The notes under the pieces were generated by a model. That model was not told the DNA's origin. It was given only the letters and a program-made list of their open reading frames with translations, and did no database searches. From positions 64,001 to 128,000 of the forward strand of contig JAXHMY010000008.1 in NCBI GenBank assembly GCA_034520965.1: DNA of 64,000 nucleotides, in the 5' to 3' direction. Source of the stretch: Spirochaetia bacterium (GTDB lineage Bacteria > Spirochaetota > Spirochaetia > DSM-16054 > Sediminispirochaetaceae). The stretch's first letter is position 1. Each line of letters starts with the position of its first letter. Positions 18,886 to 30,076 of this stretch are shown in pieces. The translations under genes and the position numbers were made by a program.

Positions 18886-19305
18886 TTAGATGTATCTAAT
18901 CTCGTAATCGACGGTGATAGCTTTTTTCAGTAGGGCACTTACTCCGCAGTACCGTTCCTGACTGAGGTTGACCGCTTTCTCGACTTTCTTTTCATCCAGA
19001 TTGTCGGATTTTTTAAACTCGTATATTACTTTGATGCTTGAATAGTGCTTTGGATGCTCCTCGGTAACCTCCGCTTCTACTTCGATGTTGAAATACGTGT
19101 GGGGCTGCTGCATCTTTTTTAAAAGTGAAACAACATCCATTCCGCTGCAGCCTGCCAGTGAGGCCAATAGCAACGGCTTAGGCCGCGGTCCATTGTCTTC
19201 GCCGCCCACCGTTTCATCGGCATCCATTAGAATTTTGTGGCCGCTGACCTCTGATTCAAAGGCCATCCCCTCTTTCCATGTACAATTTAAGCTGTGGTGT
19301 GACAT
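18886..19305 (-). CDS. OsmC-family protein
   Basis: GPRP..LLLASLAGCSGMDV, SQERYCGV; SD AGGAGG before ATG 19305. Confidence 0.9.
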   Translation of the reverse strand: MSHHSLNCTWKEGMAFESEVSGHKILMDADETVGGEDNGPRPKPLLLASLAGCSGMDVVSLLKKMQQPHTYFNIEVEAEVTEEHPKHYSSIKVIYEFKKSDNLDEKKVEKAVNLSQERYCGVSALLKKAITVDYEIRYI

Positions 19306-19386
19306 AATTCCTCCTTTGTGATTACTAAATATAGCAATAAATCCAAGCGAAGGCAAAAAAGCTGGTGCAGTCACTTTAGTTCATTT

Positions 19387-19662
19387 TTACAAAACCTGTA
19401 TTACTTCGGGAAGATTCTTGAGTTTTTCATAAAGAATCTGCATCTGCTCCGAATTTTGTATGTAGACAGTGGTAGTAAAACTCATGTATTTTTCCCTTCC
19501 GCTGCTTTTGTGTTTCCACTCTTTAGGTGACAGCAGCAGGTCATGGAAAACCGACTCAAGCTTGGCTTGTTCCCACTGGCTTGAATCGGGCATGTCCGTA
19601 ATTATTTTCATCACGGTACGGGCTGGATAGTGGGGGTGTTGATTATCGGAAAATGATGACAT
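19387..19662 (-). CDS. DUF493/YbeD-family protein
   Basis: YP...MKII, SS..KY.SFT, LYEKL..LPEV..VL. Confidence 0.75.
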   Translation of the reverse strand: MSSFSDNQHPHYPARTVMKIITDMPDSSQWEQAKLESVFHDLLLSPKEWKHKSSGREKYMSFTTTVYIQNSEQMQILYEKLKNLPEVIQVL

Positions 19663-19700
19663 ACTATACTCCTCTAATACAGGATACTAGTTGGATTAAT

Positions 19701-20654
19701 ATGGATACAATACAGCTGCAGAAAGATTTTGGCAAACTTCTAAAAAAAAATCACCAGGAATTCAGAAATTTATTTTCCTCAATGGAAACCGACTGCTACC
19801 GTGTGTATAACTGGAATATCTCCGAAATACCCTGGCTAATAGACATCTATAGTAACTACCTGCACATCTCTTCGCTGGCTCAAACTCACCAGCCGGATTT
19901 GCTGGATGCTGAATCCGAGCTTTTAGAAACCGCCTCGCGAATGCTGTATGTGCCGCTGGAACGGATTTTTTTTAAGCACCGCTTTGTGCAAGGGCGCCAG
20001 GTCCAACATGAAAAACTGGATCAGTCGGGACACACCTTGACAGTAAAAGAACAGGGACTTCTGTTCAAAGTAAATCTTTTGGATTATCTGGATACTGGTT
20101 TATTTATAGATCTCAGGATTAGCCGGCAGCTTGTGCGTGAGGCAGCTGCCGGGATGCGGGTATTAAATCTGTTTGCATATACCGGTGCATTTACCGTGTA
20201 CGCGGCTGCTGGAGCCGCAGCTAGGACTGTGTCGGTAGACTTGTCGGCACCCTATATGCGTTGGGCTCAGGATAATATGGAACTGAACGGGCTCTCGGGA
20301 GATATGCACTCTTTTATTAACTCTGATGTGCGCGAATATCTGCAGACGGCAATTGAAAGCGGTGAGCAATATGACCTGATAATTTTGGATCCGCCTACTT
20401 TCTCCAACAGCCGCAAAACAGAGGGAACCTTCGATCTTCAGAGGGATTATGTGTGGTTTATCGGGCAGTGCCTAAAACTGCTTTCTAAGGACGGGAGTCT
20501 GCTGTTTTCTACAAACTATCACAAGTTTCATTTTGATCCGGGACGGCTGCACGGAGCCGAGGTACAAAATACTACTTCAACCACAATTCCGCCGGATTTT
20601 AACGGCAAGCGCAGGCCTCACCGCAGCTGGGTAATCCGGCGAAAAACCAGGTAA
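19701..20654 (+). CDS. SAM-dependent rRNA methyltransferase, RlmK-like
   Basis: CYRVY, VNL.DYLDTGLF.D.R, LNLFAYTGAF, DPPTFSNSRK, TIPPDF. Confidence 0.85.
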   Translation: MDTIQLQKDFGKLLKKNHQEFRNLFSSMETDCYRVYNWNISEIPWLIDIYSNYLHISSLAQTHQPDLLDAESELLETASRMLYVPLERIFFKHRFVQGRQVQHEKLDQSGHTLTVKEQGLLFKVNLLDYLDTGLFIDLRISRQLVREAAAGMRVLNLFAYTGAFTVYAAAGAAARTVSVDLSAPYMRWAQDNMELNGLSGDMHSFINSDVREYLQTAIESGEQYDLIILDPPTFSNSRKTEGTFDLQRDYVWFIGQCLKLLSKDGSLLFSTNYHKFHFDPGRLHGAEVQNTTSTTIPPDFNGKRRPHRSWVIRRKTR

Positions 20655-20678
20655 TTCGCCGGACTTCAAACCGCTGCA

Positions 20679-22373
20679 CTATTTTTCCATCTTCTTTTTA
20701 AGTTTGGCCCAAGTGTCCCTCATAGAAACGGTGCGGTTGAAAACCGGCCGGCCGGGAGCGGAGTGCTTTATGTCTACGCAAAAGTAACCCTTGCGCAAAA
20801 ATTGATAAAAGCTTCCAGGTTCGGCGTTTTTTAGCGAGGGTTCCAGTTTCGCATTGTCGACTATCTGCAGCGATTCGGGATTCATTTCATCTAAAAAATC
20901 ACCGGTGGCTTCTCCAGGGTTTTCAGTAGTAAAAAGATGGTCGTATATTCGCACTTCCGCCTCTAAGGCATGGCGCGCCGACACCCAGTGGCTCGTTCCC
21001 TTTACTTTACGCCCATCATCGGTCCAGCCTCCGCGTGAAGCCGGATCATAGGTGCAGTGTATCTCTTCTATCTCCCCACTGTCGGGATTCTTATTGTAGT
21101 CAACGCAGGTAATGTAATAGGCATGTTTCAAGCGGACTTCTCTACCGGGGGCCAGTCTAAAAAACTTCTTGGGAGGTTCTTCCATGAAGTCTTCACGTTC
21201 TATATACAGCTCACGACTAAAGGGAATTTGCCGGCTGCCGGCGGAGGCGTCCTCGGGGTTGTTCTCTGCGTCCAGCCACTCCTCCTGATCTTCAGGGTAG
21301 TTGTCGATTATCACTTTTACCGGATCGATGACCCCCATCACCCGCTGAGCCCTCTGGTTTAGATCCTCCCGCAGGCAATGCTCTAAAAGGGCAATGTCGA
21401 TTGTGCTATTGGCCTTGGCTACCCCGATTCGGTCTGCAAAATCACGAATCGACTCGGGAGTGTAGCCCCGGCGGCGAAAGCCGGAAATTGTCGGCATACG
21501 CGGATCGTCCCATCCATCTACATGTCCTTCTTGGACAAGTTTTAGGAGTTTCCGCTTGCTCATCACCGTATAATTCAAATTAAGCCGGGCAAATTCGTAC
21601 TGCCGTGGTTGATGTTCAATCCCGGAAGCCTCTACCACCCAGTCGTATAATGGACGGTGGTCTTCAAACTCCAGAGTACAAATAGAGTGGGTAATCCCCT
21701 CGATTGCATCAGAAAGGGGGTGGGTAAAGTCATACATGGGGTAAATCGTCCAAGTTTCGCCGGTACGATGGTGTTTTACTTTCTTTATACGGTAGAGGGT
21801 AGGGTCGCGCATATTCAGGTTTCCGGAAGCCATGTCTATCTTTGCTCGCAGCACATAAGCTCCTTCTTCGAATTCCCCTGCTCTCATCCGTTTGAACAAA
21901 TCCAGACTCTCTTCGATAGGCCTTGACCGATCGGGGCTCTCTTTTCCCGGCTCTTTTAAGGTTCCCCGGTACTTCCGAATATCCTCCGGTGAGAGGCTGT
22001 CTATATAGGCCTTTCCAGCCCTGATGAGGGTAACCGCATATTCGTACAACTGTTCAAAATAATCCGAAGCAAAATACTCGTGGCTGTCCCAGTCGAAGCC
22101 GAGCCAATGCACGTCCTCCTTAATTGAATCGATATATTCGACCTCTTCTTTTTCAGGATTGGTATCATCAAAGCGCAGGTGGCAGCGGCCCTTGTATTTC
22201 TCAGCCAGACCAAAATTGAGGCAGATCGATTTTGCATGCCCGATATGGAGGTAGCCGTTCGGTTCAGGGGGGAAACGGGTCACCACCTGCCCGCCATGCT
22301 TTCCCTCTTCCAAATCTTTTACGATAACCCGTTCAATAAAATTAAGGGAAGTTTCATTTTTAGTTGTGTCCAT
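20679..22373 (-). CDS. glnS: Glutamine--tRNA ligase
   Basis: [42 protein letters not shown]. Confidence 0.97.
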   Translation of the reverse strand: MDTTKNETSLNFIERVIVKDLEEGKHGGQVVTRFPPEPNGYLHIGHAKSICLNFGLAEKYKGRCHLRFDDTNPEKEEVEYIDSIKEDVHWLGFDWDSHEYFASDYFEQLYEYAVTLIRAGKAYIDSLSPEDIRKYRGTLKEPGKESPDRSRPIEESLDLFKRMRAGEFEEGAYVLRAKIDMASGNLNMRDPTLYRIKKVKHHRTGETWTIYPMYDFTHPLSDAIEGITHSICTLEFEDHRPLYDWVVEASGIEHQPRQYEFARLNLNYTVMSKRKLLKLVQEGHVDGWDDPRMPTISGFRRRGYTPESIRDFADRIGVAKANSTIDIALLEHCLREDLNQRAQRVMGVIDPVKVIIDNYPEDQEEWLDAENNPEDASAGSRQIPFSRELYIEREDFMEEPPKKFFRLAPGREVRLKHAYYITCVDYNKNPDSGEIEEIHCTYDPASRGGWTDDGRKVKGTSHWVSARHALEAEVRIYDHLFTTENPGEATGDFLDEMNPESLQIVDNAKLEPSLKNAEPGSFYQFLRKGYFCVDIKHSAPGRPVFNRTVSMRDTWAKLKKKMEK

Positions 22374-22565
22374 ATTATCCACCTCTTTCGTTATGTGCCT
22401 GTATTAATAATTGATGTTATGATTCTTGCTGTGCTGATAGTAGCATACTGGAAAAAAAAAGTAAGGCGTCTGTATATCTATAAAAAACAGTGCCCGGATT
22501 TGGACTACCCTGTACCCATAAACGACCTTGGTTGCGTTCTAAACCGGGCCATATTCTTATAATCT

Positions 22566-23690
22566 TTATCCAATGTGGGTAACCTTAAATAGAAGGCCGG
22601 GCTTATAAAAGGTAACGCAGTTTCTCCCGTTCTCCTTTGAGTAATATAGTGCTTTATCAGCCTGTTCGATAAGTTTCAGCGGTGCGGCATACCGGGTTGA
22701 GTTAATATGGTTTACTCCAATACTCACCGTGATTTTCAAGGTCTTTTCCATGTAATGCACTTCCATAAGCTCAATTTCTTTGCGAACTCGTTCGGCCACA
22801 TGAAATGCAGCCTCCTTCGTGCTCTCGGGAAGCAAAATGATAAACTCTTCGCCCCCAAAGCGGGCAATTACATCCTCCTGCCGCAGTGTATGTTCCAGGT
22901 TTCGGGATAGATGGAACAGCACCTTGTCACCGGCCAGGTGGCCGTGGAGGTCGTTGAGCTGTTTAAAGTGGTCTATATCCAGCAGAAGAATGGATATGCT
23001 GTTGTTATGACGCCGGACTTTAGCTAACTCTTCACTAAGCCGTTTTTGAAAGAAAGAGTGATTATACAGCTGGGTCTTGAAATCGGTTACGCTGCTGCGG
23101 TAGTGAATTACATTTTGAAAGCTTAAGGATGCAAACTTCAATAGGCGGTCGATATATATTATCTCTTCATCAGAATACTCACCGTCTATTATCTTCTTAC
23201 CGACAATAATCATGCCGTAAAGCTCATCCGGACCGCTGATGGGTATAATTATTTCAGGATTAAGCGGTTTGAGCTGCTCCGCCGCAGCTTTACTCTGAAC
23301 TGAGTATTCAAACAGTGAGAAACTGATGGTTCCCGGATAAGAGGAAAAGTATCGGTTGTAAGACTCCAGGGAATGAATTGGAGCAGGGGATTCAACCCGT
23401 TTTAAATTATGATAACAAATTGTGCGCGGCTTTTGATCATCCCCATGCAGCTTCAGGACAAACTGGAGAAAACTCGGTACAAATCGGTCTACCAGATTTG
23501 AGGTGATATATTCAATCAGGCTGTCGCCGCTGTCTTGATTGAATATTTCAATTGCATCCGAGAGCAATTCCTCCAGATCGTGGATCCGGCGTTTGGAATG
23601 GGCCAGGTAATTAAAAATACCTAAAGAGTTCAGCAGATCGTAGTGCTTTATAGCCTCAGGGCTTTTCATAAAATCGTCAACGTATTTCAT
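22566..23690 (-). CDS. Diguanylate cyclase (GGEEF) with N-terminal sensory/GAF-like region
   Basis: D.KTQLYN, DIDHFK..ND..GH..GD, RFGGEEF, ADKALY.SK..GRN. Confidence 0.9.
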   Translation of the reverse strand: MKYVDDFMKSPEAIKHYDLLNSLGIFNYLAHSKRRIHDLEELLSDAIEIFNQDSGDSLIEYITSNLVDRFVPSFLQFVLKLHGDDQKPRTICYHNLKRVESPAPIHSLESYNRYFSSYPGTISFSLFEYSVQSKAAAEQLKPLNPEIIIPISGPDELYGMIIVGKKIIDGEYSDEEIIYIDRLLKFASLSFQNVIHYRSSVTDFKTQLYNHSFFQKRLSEELAKVRRHNNSISILLLDIDHFKQLNDLHGHLAGDKVLFHLSRNLEHTLRQEDVIARFGGEEFIILLPESTKEAAFHVAERVRKEIELMEVHYMEKTLKITVSIGVNHINSTRYAAPLKLIEQADKALYYSKENGRNCVTFYKPGLLFKVTHIG

Positions 23691-23720
23691 AGTTGGTTTT
23701 ATCTAAAATACCCCAAATTC

Positions 23721-23921
23721 TTATACTTCACAAGTAGGTTCTTGGGCGTCACCGCTGGGATCACTATTTTTTATTATCTGTGCTAAATCAGGAAAAACGG
23801 CCTTATAATTGTAGTCGAGTATATAGTGCCCCAGATCAAAGACCCCTTTATTGTGATAGTCAATAAGGCGGGAATCGGCGGCTGCGTGGCTGAACTGGGG
23901 CTTTGTAAACTCACGATGCAT
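23721..23921 (-). CDS. Possible small hypothetical protein
   Basis: 66-aa ORF filling the gap between co-oriented genes; no motif. Confidence 0.3.
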   Translation of the reverse strand: MHREFTKPQFSHAAADSRLIDYHNKGVFDLGHYILDYNYKAVFPDLAQIIKNSDPSGDAQEPTCEV

Positions 23922-23930
23922 TCTAAGAAC

Positions 23931-24848
23931 TCACTCTCCTTGAATCATTTCTTGAGTAAACTGTGTATATTCTACCAAATTTGAGTCGTTCTGCAAATCG
24001 AATGCATGGGTTAAGCAATACAGTTCATAGGTAAATCGGTATAACTGTTGCAAGGACGGCGTGAAATCCGATATATAAGGCCTAAGGCTCTGCAGCTGCT
24101 GATATGCAGCGCTATAGTTCTGGCGATACAGGTGAAAACGAACCAAGCTAAGGGTTAAAACCGCTTTTTCGATGGTACTGTTTTGTTGATCCCTGAGCTG
24201 GTTTTTTATGAGCGGAGCTATAAGGTGATCGTTGCCCGATTGCCCGTCATGAATATAAAATTCTGCCAAATGCAGAGCAGCCCCTTCCTGCTGCAATCTC
24301 TGTTCGCGCTGTACAGAAAAAAGCTCGGGTTGGCGAACTGCATGCTCTTCCAGTATAAAAATGGTGTCATGAATATTCTGCAGTGGTAAGGCTTCCCGGC
24401 TGAGGAACTCTCCGCGCCCTTTGAGCGGTGATTTAGTGATTGGGCTATAAATAGCATTACTGTGCCACTCAAGCTGAGGAGCTGTAACAGAGCTAAATTT
24501 CGGAATGATACAGAGAGTTCCGTGTTCAAAGTAATTGGACACCTCGATACGCTCAACTGCAGCCTCCTGCTCACAGGTTTTCCATAAGGCGCATATCAGT
24601 TGATATTTGGACTTGAGGCTCATGTTGTGAACCAGCTCAAGCGGCAAGATCAATCCGCTGTAAAGACTGTGGACCGCACAATACGCATTTAAGTGGTCCA
24701 CAGGGTTTAATGCTGTCGAGGACGGAAAAACATCTACCTTGCAGTGAGCGCTCTTCCGAAGGGCTTTGGAACCCTTGTAGGAGCTGAGACAACTGATGTT
24801 GAACAGTAGAATACTTGCCGTCAATAAAATAAGTGCGGGGTATCGCAT
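23931..24848 (-). CDS. Hypothetical lipoprotein with helical (TPR-like) C-terminus
   Basis: SD GGAGG before ATG 24848; hydrophobic leader ending NISC. Confidence 0.55.
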   Translation of the reverse strand: MRYPALILLTASILLFNISCLSSYKGSKALRKSAHCKVDVFPSSTALNPVDHLNAYCAVHSLYSGLILPLELVHNMSLKSKYQLICALWKTCEQEAAVERIEVSNYFEHGTLCIIPKFSSVTAPQLEWHSNAIYSPITKSPLKGRGEFLSREALPLQNIHDTIFILEEHAVRQPELFSVQREQRLQQEGAALHLAEFYIHDGQSGNDHLIAPLIKNQLRDQQNSTIEKAVLTLSLVRFHLYRQNYSAAYQQLQSLRPYISDFTPSLQQLYRFTYELYCLTHAFDLQNDSNLVEYTQFTQEMIQGE

Positions 24849-24994
24849 AATCTCCTCCATAATTCTGTGATAGATTAGTGCTGTATTAATAGAGGAGAAA
24901 AACGTATTCCTGCTTCAGAAAAAATTAAAAAAAATATAAAAACACAGGCCATCCTATATTGAGGTTCTTTCAAAATGCTAATTTTGGAAGAACC

Positions 24995-26287
24995 TCACAT
25001 CGTAGTCTGATATTGCATAGGAACTTTCACTTTAATTTCAGTGCCCCGTCCTAGAGATGAGCTAATGGAAAATTCGCCATTCAGCATCTTCGTCCGCTCT
25101 TCCATACTGGTCAGACCGAGGTGAGTTTCGGTTTGGTTTGCCTGAGCAAAGCCATGGGAAGGGTTGAAACCTCGGCCGTTGTCCTGGATACGAAGGAGTA
25201 AGTGGGGGGATGAGGCTATTAAACGGACGGAAATTTTGGTAGCTGTGGAGTGTTTGCGGATGTTCTGCAGCGCTTCCTGGGTAATCCGGTACAGGTTTAT
25301 TTCAGTGGTGTAGTCGCTCTGCAGTGAATTCACTCCTACCGGAAAAAAGCGCACCTGGCTTCCGGTTTGTACAGCCAGGTTATTGCACAAACCGCGGACA
25401 GCTCCAACCAAACCTATGTGGTCTAAATTATAAGGCCTGATTTCACCGGATATACGCCGGGTTGCCTGAATTATCTCCTGCATCATACTTGATATGCTGC
25501 TGAGTTCGCTGATAGGTACCCCTTTGGAGTTATCGAAAGTATAGACCATATTATCAATATTCATTTTCATAGATGCTAAATCCTGGACTATATCATCATG
25601 AAGGTCGTAGGAAATTTGCTTGCGCTCATCTTCCTGCATACGCAAAAGCGACTGAGTCAGCATTCTGATACGCTCTTCGGCTATATGCTTTTGTCGGCTA
25701 GAGAGCAGGAACATGAGAAAGCCCAGCAGCAGCAATACGAGGGTAGTCAAAATAAGATTATTAAACAGTTGGAACCTATTCAACTGTTCTAAACTGTAGG
25801 CCCGGATAGTTTCATCCAAACGGATTAGATCCTGTTCAAAACTTCGCATGAGGAGAGTAGGTGAAAAGAGAGAAGGAAATTCTGTGTGTTTTGCAAGTGC
25901 CAGCTTGTTAATGAGGCTATGAACATCACGCAGGACAAAGGGCCACTTGATATAGAGAGCGTGCAAGGTAGTTTCCAGTTCTTCAACTCTAAGCTTTGCT
26001 GCGAACAGCTCGTCACTAAGAAAGTTTTTCTGCAGGATAGTTTCAAACCTGGATAGCTTGGTGAGTAATTGTGAGTACGAAGAGGGGCCATAAGAACTTT
26101 GATACAGCTCCTCTTTCAGATCAATCCAGGAGATATACAGCTTTGAAACCCTTCGCTCCTGCTTGGTGATGGATCGCTGCACATGGGACGTATAGAAATA
26201 AATCCCCACCAACATCACGAAGGCAGTAAACAGGGTAAAACCTGCCATTAAAAACTGTTTATAATTATGTGTCTGCCGTGTTCTCAT
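24995..26287 (-). CDS. Membrane sensor histidine kinase (HisKA_3, NarX/LiaS type)
   Basis: Two TM segments; ERKQISYDLHDDI.Q; QEALQNIRKH; DNGRGF; GL.SMEER; G.GT. Confidence 0.9.
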   Translation of the reverse strand: MRTRQTHNYKQFLMAGFTLFTAFVMLVGIYFYTSHVQRSITKQERRVSKLYISWIDLKEELYQSSYGPSSYSQLLTKLSRFETILQKNFLSDELFAAKLRVEELETTLHALYIKWPFVLRDVHSLINKLALAKHTEFPSLFSPTLLMRSFEQDLIRLDETIRAYSLEQLNRFQLFNNLILTTLVLLLLGFLMFLLSSRQKHIAEERIRMLTQSLLRMQEDERKQISYDLHDDIVQDLASMKMNIDNMVYTFDNSKGVPISELSSISSMMQEIIQATRRISGEIRPYNLDHIGLVGAVRGLCNNLAVQTGSQVRFFPVGVNSLQSDYTTEINLYRITQEALQNIRKHSTATKISVRLIASSPHLLLRIQDNGRGFNPSHGFAQANQTETHLGLTSMEERTKMLNGEFSISSSLGRGTEIKVKVPMQYQTTM

Positions 26288-26305
26288 GCAGTCGTTTTAA
26301 GCACT

Positions 26306-26749
26306 TTAGATCTCCAGATTATTCATTTTTTTTACCCGCTGAAGATGCCGTCCTCCGGCAAATTCGGCATCGATAAAGGAGTCTAATATTTTTTCGACAG
26401 GTTCGGTATAGTCAATTCTACCGCCAAAGGCGATAAAGTTTACATTATTGTGTTCACGGGCCATTTGGGCGGCAAAGCTGTTCTGCAGCATTGCACAGGT
26501 TATGCCCTTCATTTTATTGGCGCTGATGGAAATACCTATGCCCGTCCCGCAGCATACGATTCCAAAATCGTAACCACCCCGACGGAATTCTTTCACTGCA
26601 TCAACAGCTTTATCCGGATAATCAACCGATTCTTCCGAAAAGACCCCCACGTCTTTTACCTCAAAGCCCCGCTTCTCTAGGTGTTCGATAATTACTTTTT
26701 TTATGTGTAAAGCTCCATGGTCTATTCCGATTACTACTTTCGCTGCCAT
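26306..26749 (-). CDS. rpiB: Ribose-5-phosphate isomerase B (RpiB/LacA/LacB family)
   Basis: DHGA, VDYPD, CGTGIGISISANK, AREHNN, F.GGRH..RV. Confidence 0.9.
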   Translation of the reverse strand: MAAKVVIGIDHGALHIKKVIIEHLEKRGFEVKDVGVFSEESVDYPDKAVDAVKEFRRGGYDFGIVCCGTGIGISISANKMKGITCAMLQNSFAAQMAREHNNVNFIAFGGRIDYTEPVEKILDSFIDAEFAGGRHLQRVKKMNNLEI

Positions 26750-26909
26750 CTGATGCCTCCTGACAGTTATTCTAATGACTTACTCAAGTTGCGGCAACAG
26801 TTATCAGTGATGTAGATGTAGCGGGAATCCTCATCAAACCGGTTGATCCTTCGACCTTGCTTGAATATATTGAAGACAGTCTTACCTAGAGCATAGAGAG
26901 GGTATGTAA

Positions 26910-27782
26910 ATGATTGATATAAGCCCAATAAGAGCAGACCTCTTAAAAGCGCAAAAAAATGAAATTACCGAGTATCTCATCTACAATAAACTATCAACTA
27001 GACAAAAGGACCGTCGAAACAGGGTTACCCTGCAGAAAATTAGCAGTGAGGAGTATCAGCATTATGAATTTTGGCGGGAGTACACAGGAGTAGAACTCAA
27101 GCCTAGGCGCCTCAAAATTTGGTTCTATCTGCTGATCACACGGCTGTTTGGACTTACCTTCGGAGTCAAACTGATGGAATTGGGAGAAGAAACCGCACAA
27201 ATTAATTACCAGAAAATCCAAGAATACATTCCACCTGCTAAGAAGATCATAGCGGACGAAGATTCCCATGAAAAAGCTTTAATCAATATCATCGAGGAAG
27301 AGCGCCTCTCATATGTTGGTTCGATTGTGCTGGGGCTAAACGATGCCCTGGTCGAGTTAACCGGAACCCTGGCCGGATTATCTTTTGCATTACAAAACAA
27401 CCGTCTCATTGCAGTGGTTGGATTGATTACGGGAATTGCGGCTGCATTATCAATGGCCGCCTCGGAGTACCTCTCTAAACGGTCTGAAGGCAAGCATAGC
27501 CGGGCTTTGCGCTCTTCTTTATACACCGGAGTAGCGTATATCGGAACCGTTTTTTTGCTTGTAATACCCTTCTTCCTGCTTCCGATGTATCAAATTGCGC
27601 TGCCGGTTACCCTGGGTATTGGTTTATTAATTATACTTGTATTCAATTTTTATATTTCTGTTGCCAAGGATTACAACTTTTTGCATCGCTTTGGAGAAAT
27701 GGCTGCCATTAGTTTAGGGGTTGCATTTGTTTCATTTATTATTGGATTTGTCATACGCTCTGTATTTGGCGTTGATGTCTAA
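26910..27782 (+). CDS. Rubrerythrin/ferritin-like domain fused to VIT1/CCC1 transporter
   Basis: NEITE..IY, EE..HY.FW, DE..HE; VLGLNDALVELTG.LAG, LSMAASEYLS. Confidence 0.85.
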   Translation: MIDISPIRADLLKAQKNEITEYLIYNKLSTRQKDRRNRVTLQKISSEEYQHYEFWREYTGVELKPRRLKIWFYLLITRLFGLTFGVKLMELGEETAQINYQKIQEYIPPAKKIIADEDSHEKALINIIEEERLSYVGSIVLGLNDALVELTGTLAGLSFALQNNRLIAVVGLITGIAAALSMAASEYLSKRSEGKHSRALRSSLYTGVAYIGTVFLLVIPFFLLPMYQIALPVTLGIGLLIILVFNFYISVAKDYNFLHRFGEMAAISLGVAFVSFIIGFVIRSVFGVDV

Positions 27783-27882
27783 GTAAAGGAAAGACTTTCA
27801 TTTTTGCAGCTTCTGGGGGTTTGCTTTTTTCTGCAAAGGTTAGTATTTTAGTAGTGAATACGCAACACATACGGAGTTATCT

Positions 27883-28635
27883 ATGCCACTACTTACAATT
27901 CGCAACCTGGCCTCTACAGTGTATGACGCTGCCGAGGAACAGAATAAACAAATCTTAAACGGAGTCGACCTGGATATTAACCCCGGTGAGATCCATATGC
28001 TGATGGGGACTAACGGTTCAGGAAAATCAACTCTGGCCCACGCCTTGATGGGCCACCCACATCATACAATAACCGCCGGGTCGGTTCAATTCCAAGATAA
28101 AGATCTGCTGGCGATGAAGCCCGACGAAAGGGCCAGAGCCGGCCTGTATTTAGCCTTCCAATATCCGGCGGCGATCCCCGGGCTCCCGGTGGCAACCTTT
28201 TTAAAGAAAGCAACTGAAGCCCGTCGGAATGAAGAGATCAGCGTGCGGGAGTTTCAAAAGGAACTCCGCGGATTGATGGGTGAGCTGGAAATTCCTAAGT
28301 CCTTCCTGGGGCGCTCATTGCATGACGGCTTTTCCGGGGGCGAGAAGAAGCGAATGGAGGTTCTGCAGCTGAACCTGCTGAAGCCGAGTTTGGCCATCCT
28401 CGATGAAACAGACTCCGGATTAGATATTGATGCTCTTAAACTGCTGTTCTCTAATATAAGAGAAAAAACCAGTGAGGGAAGATCTTTACTGATCATAAGT
28501 CATTACGATCGAATTTTAGACTACATAACTCCGGATTATGTGCATATCATGCAGGCCGGCAAGCTTGTCCGCAGTGGCGGGGTCGAGTTGAGTCGCTTTA
28601 TCCACAGTGAAGGCTTCGAAGCGGCTGTCCACTAG
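27883..28635 (+). CDS. sufC: Fe-S cluster assembly ATPase SufC
   Basis: [37 protein letters not shown]. Confidence 0.95.
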   Translation: MPLLTIRNLASTVYDAAEEQNKQILNGVDLDINPGEIHMLMGTNGSGKSTLAHALMGHPHHTITAGSVQFQDKDLLAMKPDERARAGLYLAFQYPAAIPGLPVATFLKKATEARRNEEISVREFQKELRGLMGELEIPKSFLGRSLHDGFSGGEKKRMEVLQLNLLKPSLAILDETDSGLDIDALKLLFSNIREKTSEGRSLLIISHYDRILDYITPDYVHIMQAGKLVRSGGVELSRFIHSEGFEAAVH

Positions 28636-28648
28636 GGAGTTATGTAAT

Positions 28649-30076
28649 ATGAATAATACACAGCGAGAACATTTAAGCAGCATCAATAGTGACTATGAAG
28701 AACTGTATGGATTTAAGGCTTCCTCCGAATACATGGAGTCTGCTACCCGAGGCTTAAGTGAAGATGTGGTCAGGGAAATTTCGAAAATGAAAAACGAACC
28801 GCAATGGATGCTTGATTTCAGGCTCGAAGCTCTGGCGACTTTTTATAGGATGCCCGATCCTCAGTGGATAGATGCTTCCGTTTTTTCTTCAATCAACTAT
28901 GACAACCTTTTTTACTATGCCCGGGCAACGGACAAACAGTTTAACGATTGGGATGACGTCCCTGAGCATATTAAGGAGACCTTCGATAAGCTTGGTGTTC
29001 CCGAAGCTGAAAAGAAATTTTTAGCCGGGGCATCAGCTCAGTTTGAATCAGAAGTGGTCTATCATCACATGCAGGAAGAGCTTGAGAAGCAGGGTGTGAT
29101 TTTCATGGACATCGATTCAGGCCTGCAGCAGCATGAGGAGTTGTTTCGACGCTATTTTGCAAGCCAAGTGCCCATGGACGACAATAAGTTTGCTGCACTT
29201 AACTCGGCCGCATGGTCGGGGGGGAGCTTTATCTATATTCCCCCTGGAGTAAAAGTGGATATTCCTTTACAGGCCTACTTCCGGATTAATGCCGAAAGCA
29301 TGGGCCAGTTTGAGCGGACTTTAATTATTGCCGATAAGGGTGCCTCAGTTCATTACATCGAAGGCTGTACTGCTCCGGTATACTCCAGCGATTCCTTTCA
29401 TACCGGCGTGATCGAATTGTTTGCGATGGAGGGGGCGTCCCTTCGGTACACCACCATCCAAAACTGGTCGAACAATGTGCTGAACTTGGTTACCCAACGG
29501 GCCGTTGCCCATAAAGATGCCAAAGTAGAATGGATGGACGGTAATCTGGGTGCCCGGACCACTATGAAATACCCCGCAGTCTCACTGATAGGGGAAGGGG
29601 CGCGAGGCCGGGTGCTCTCAATCGGCTACGCGAATGATATCCAACGCCAGGATGCGGGGGCTAAAGTAATTCATGCCGCCCCGCATACATCCTCCTCGAT
29701 TACCGCCAAGTCTATTTCCCATAACGGCGGACGCAGCTCCTATCGCGGCCTGGTCAAAGTACTTCCCGGGGCCAGTGATGTAACCTCAAATGTCAATTGT
29801 GACGCTCTGCTGCTTGATGATCGGTCCCGTTCGGATACCTACCCGACCATCGATGTGCAGGAGAACCGGCAGGTGAACGTGGCTCATGAGGCAAGCGTGG
29901 GAAAGATAAGTGACGAAGCCCTGTTTTATCTAATGAGCAGGGGAATTGCCGAAGAAGAGGCCTTGTTTATGATTGTAAATGGCTTTATTGAAGAGTTTGC
30001 GAAGGAGCTCCCGATGGAATATGCGGTAGAACTCAACCGGTTGATTCAACTGGAAATGGAAGGAGCGGTAGGTTGA
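28649..30076 (+). CDS. sufB: Fe-S cluster assembly protein SufB
   Basis: [46 protein letters not shown]. Confidence 0.95.
   Translation: MNNTQREHLSSINSDYEELYGFKASSEYMESATRGLSEDVVREISKMKNEPQWMLDFRLEALATFYRMPDPQWIDASVFSSINYDNLFYYARATDKQFNDWDDVPEHIKETFDKLGVPEAEKKFLAGASAQFESEVVYHHMQEELEKQGVIFMDIDSGLQQHEELFRRYFASQVPMDDNKFAALNSAAWSGGSFIYIPPGVKVDIPLQAYFRINAESMGQFERTLIIADKGASVHYIEGCTAPVYSSDSFHTGVIELFAMEGASLRYTTIQNWSNNVLNLVTQRAVAHKDAKVEWMDGNLGARTTMKYPAVSLIGEGARGRVLSIGYANDIQRQDAGAKVIHAAPHTSSSITAKSISHNGGRSSYRGLVKVLPGASDVTSNVNCDALLLDDRSRSDTYPTIDVQENRQVNVAHEASVGKISDEALFYLMSRGIAEEEALFMIVNGFIEEFAKELPMEYAVELNRLIQLEMEGAVG

Noticed and set aside
22383..22565. T-box or other regulatory RNA upstream of glnS
   Set aside because: Only an interrupted GCCCGG stem with a U-run after the cyclase gene, consistent with a terminator; no T-box motifs.
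26765..26790. Fur/PerR box upstream of the VIT1 gene
   Set aside because: Match to consensus is too weak for an AT-rich spacer.
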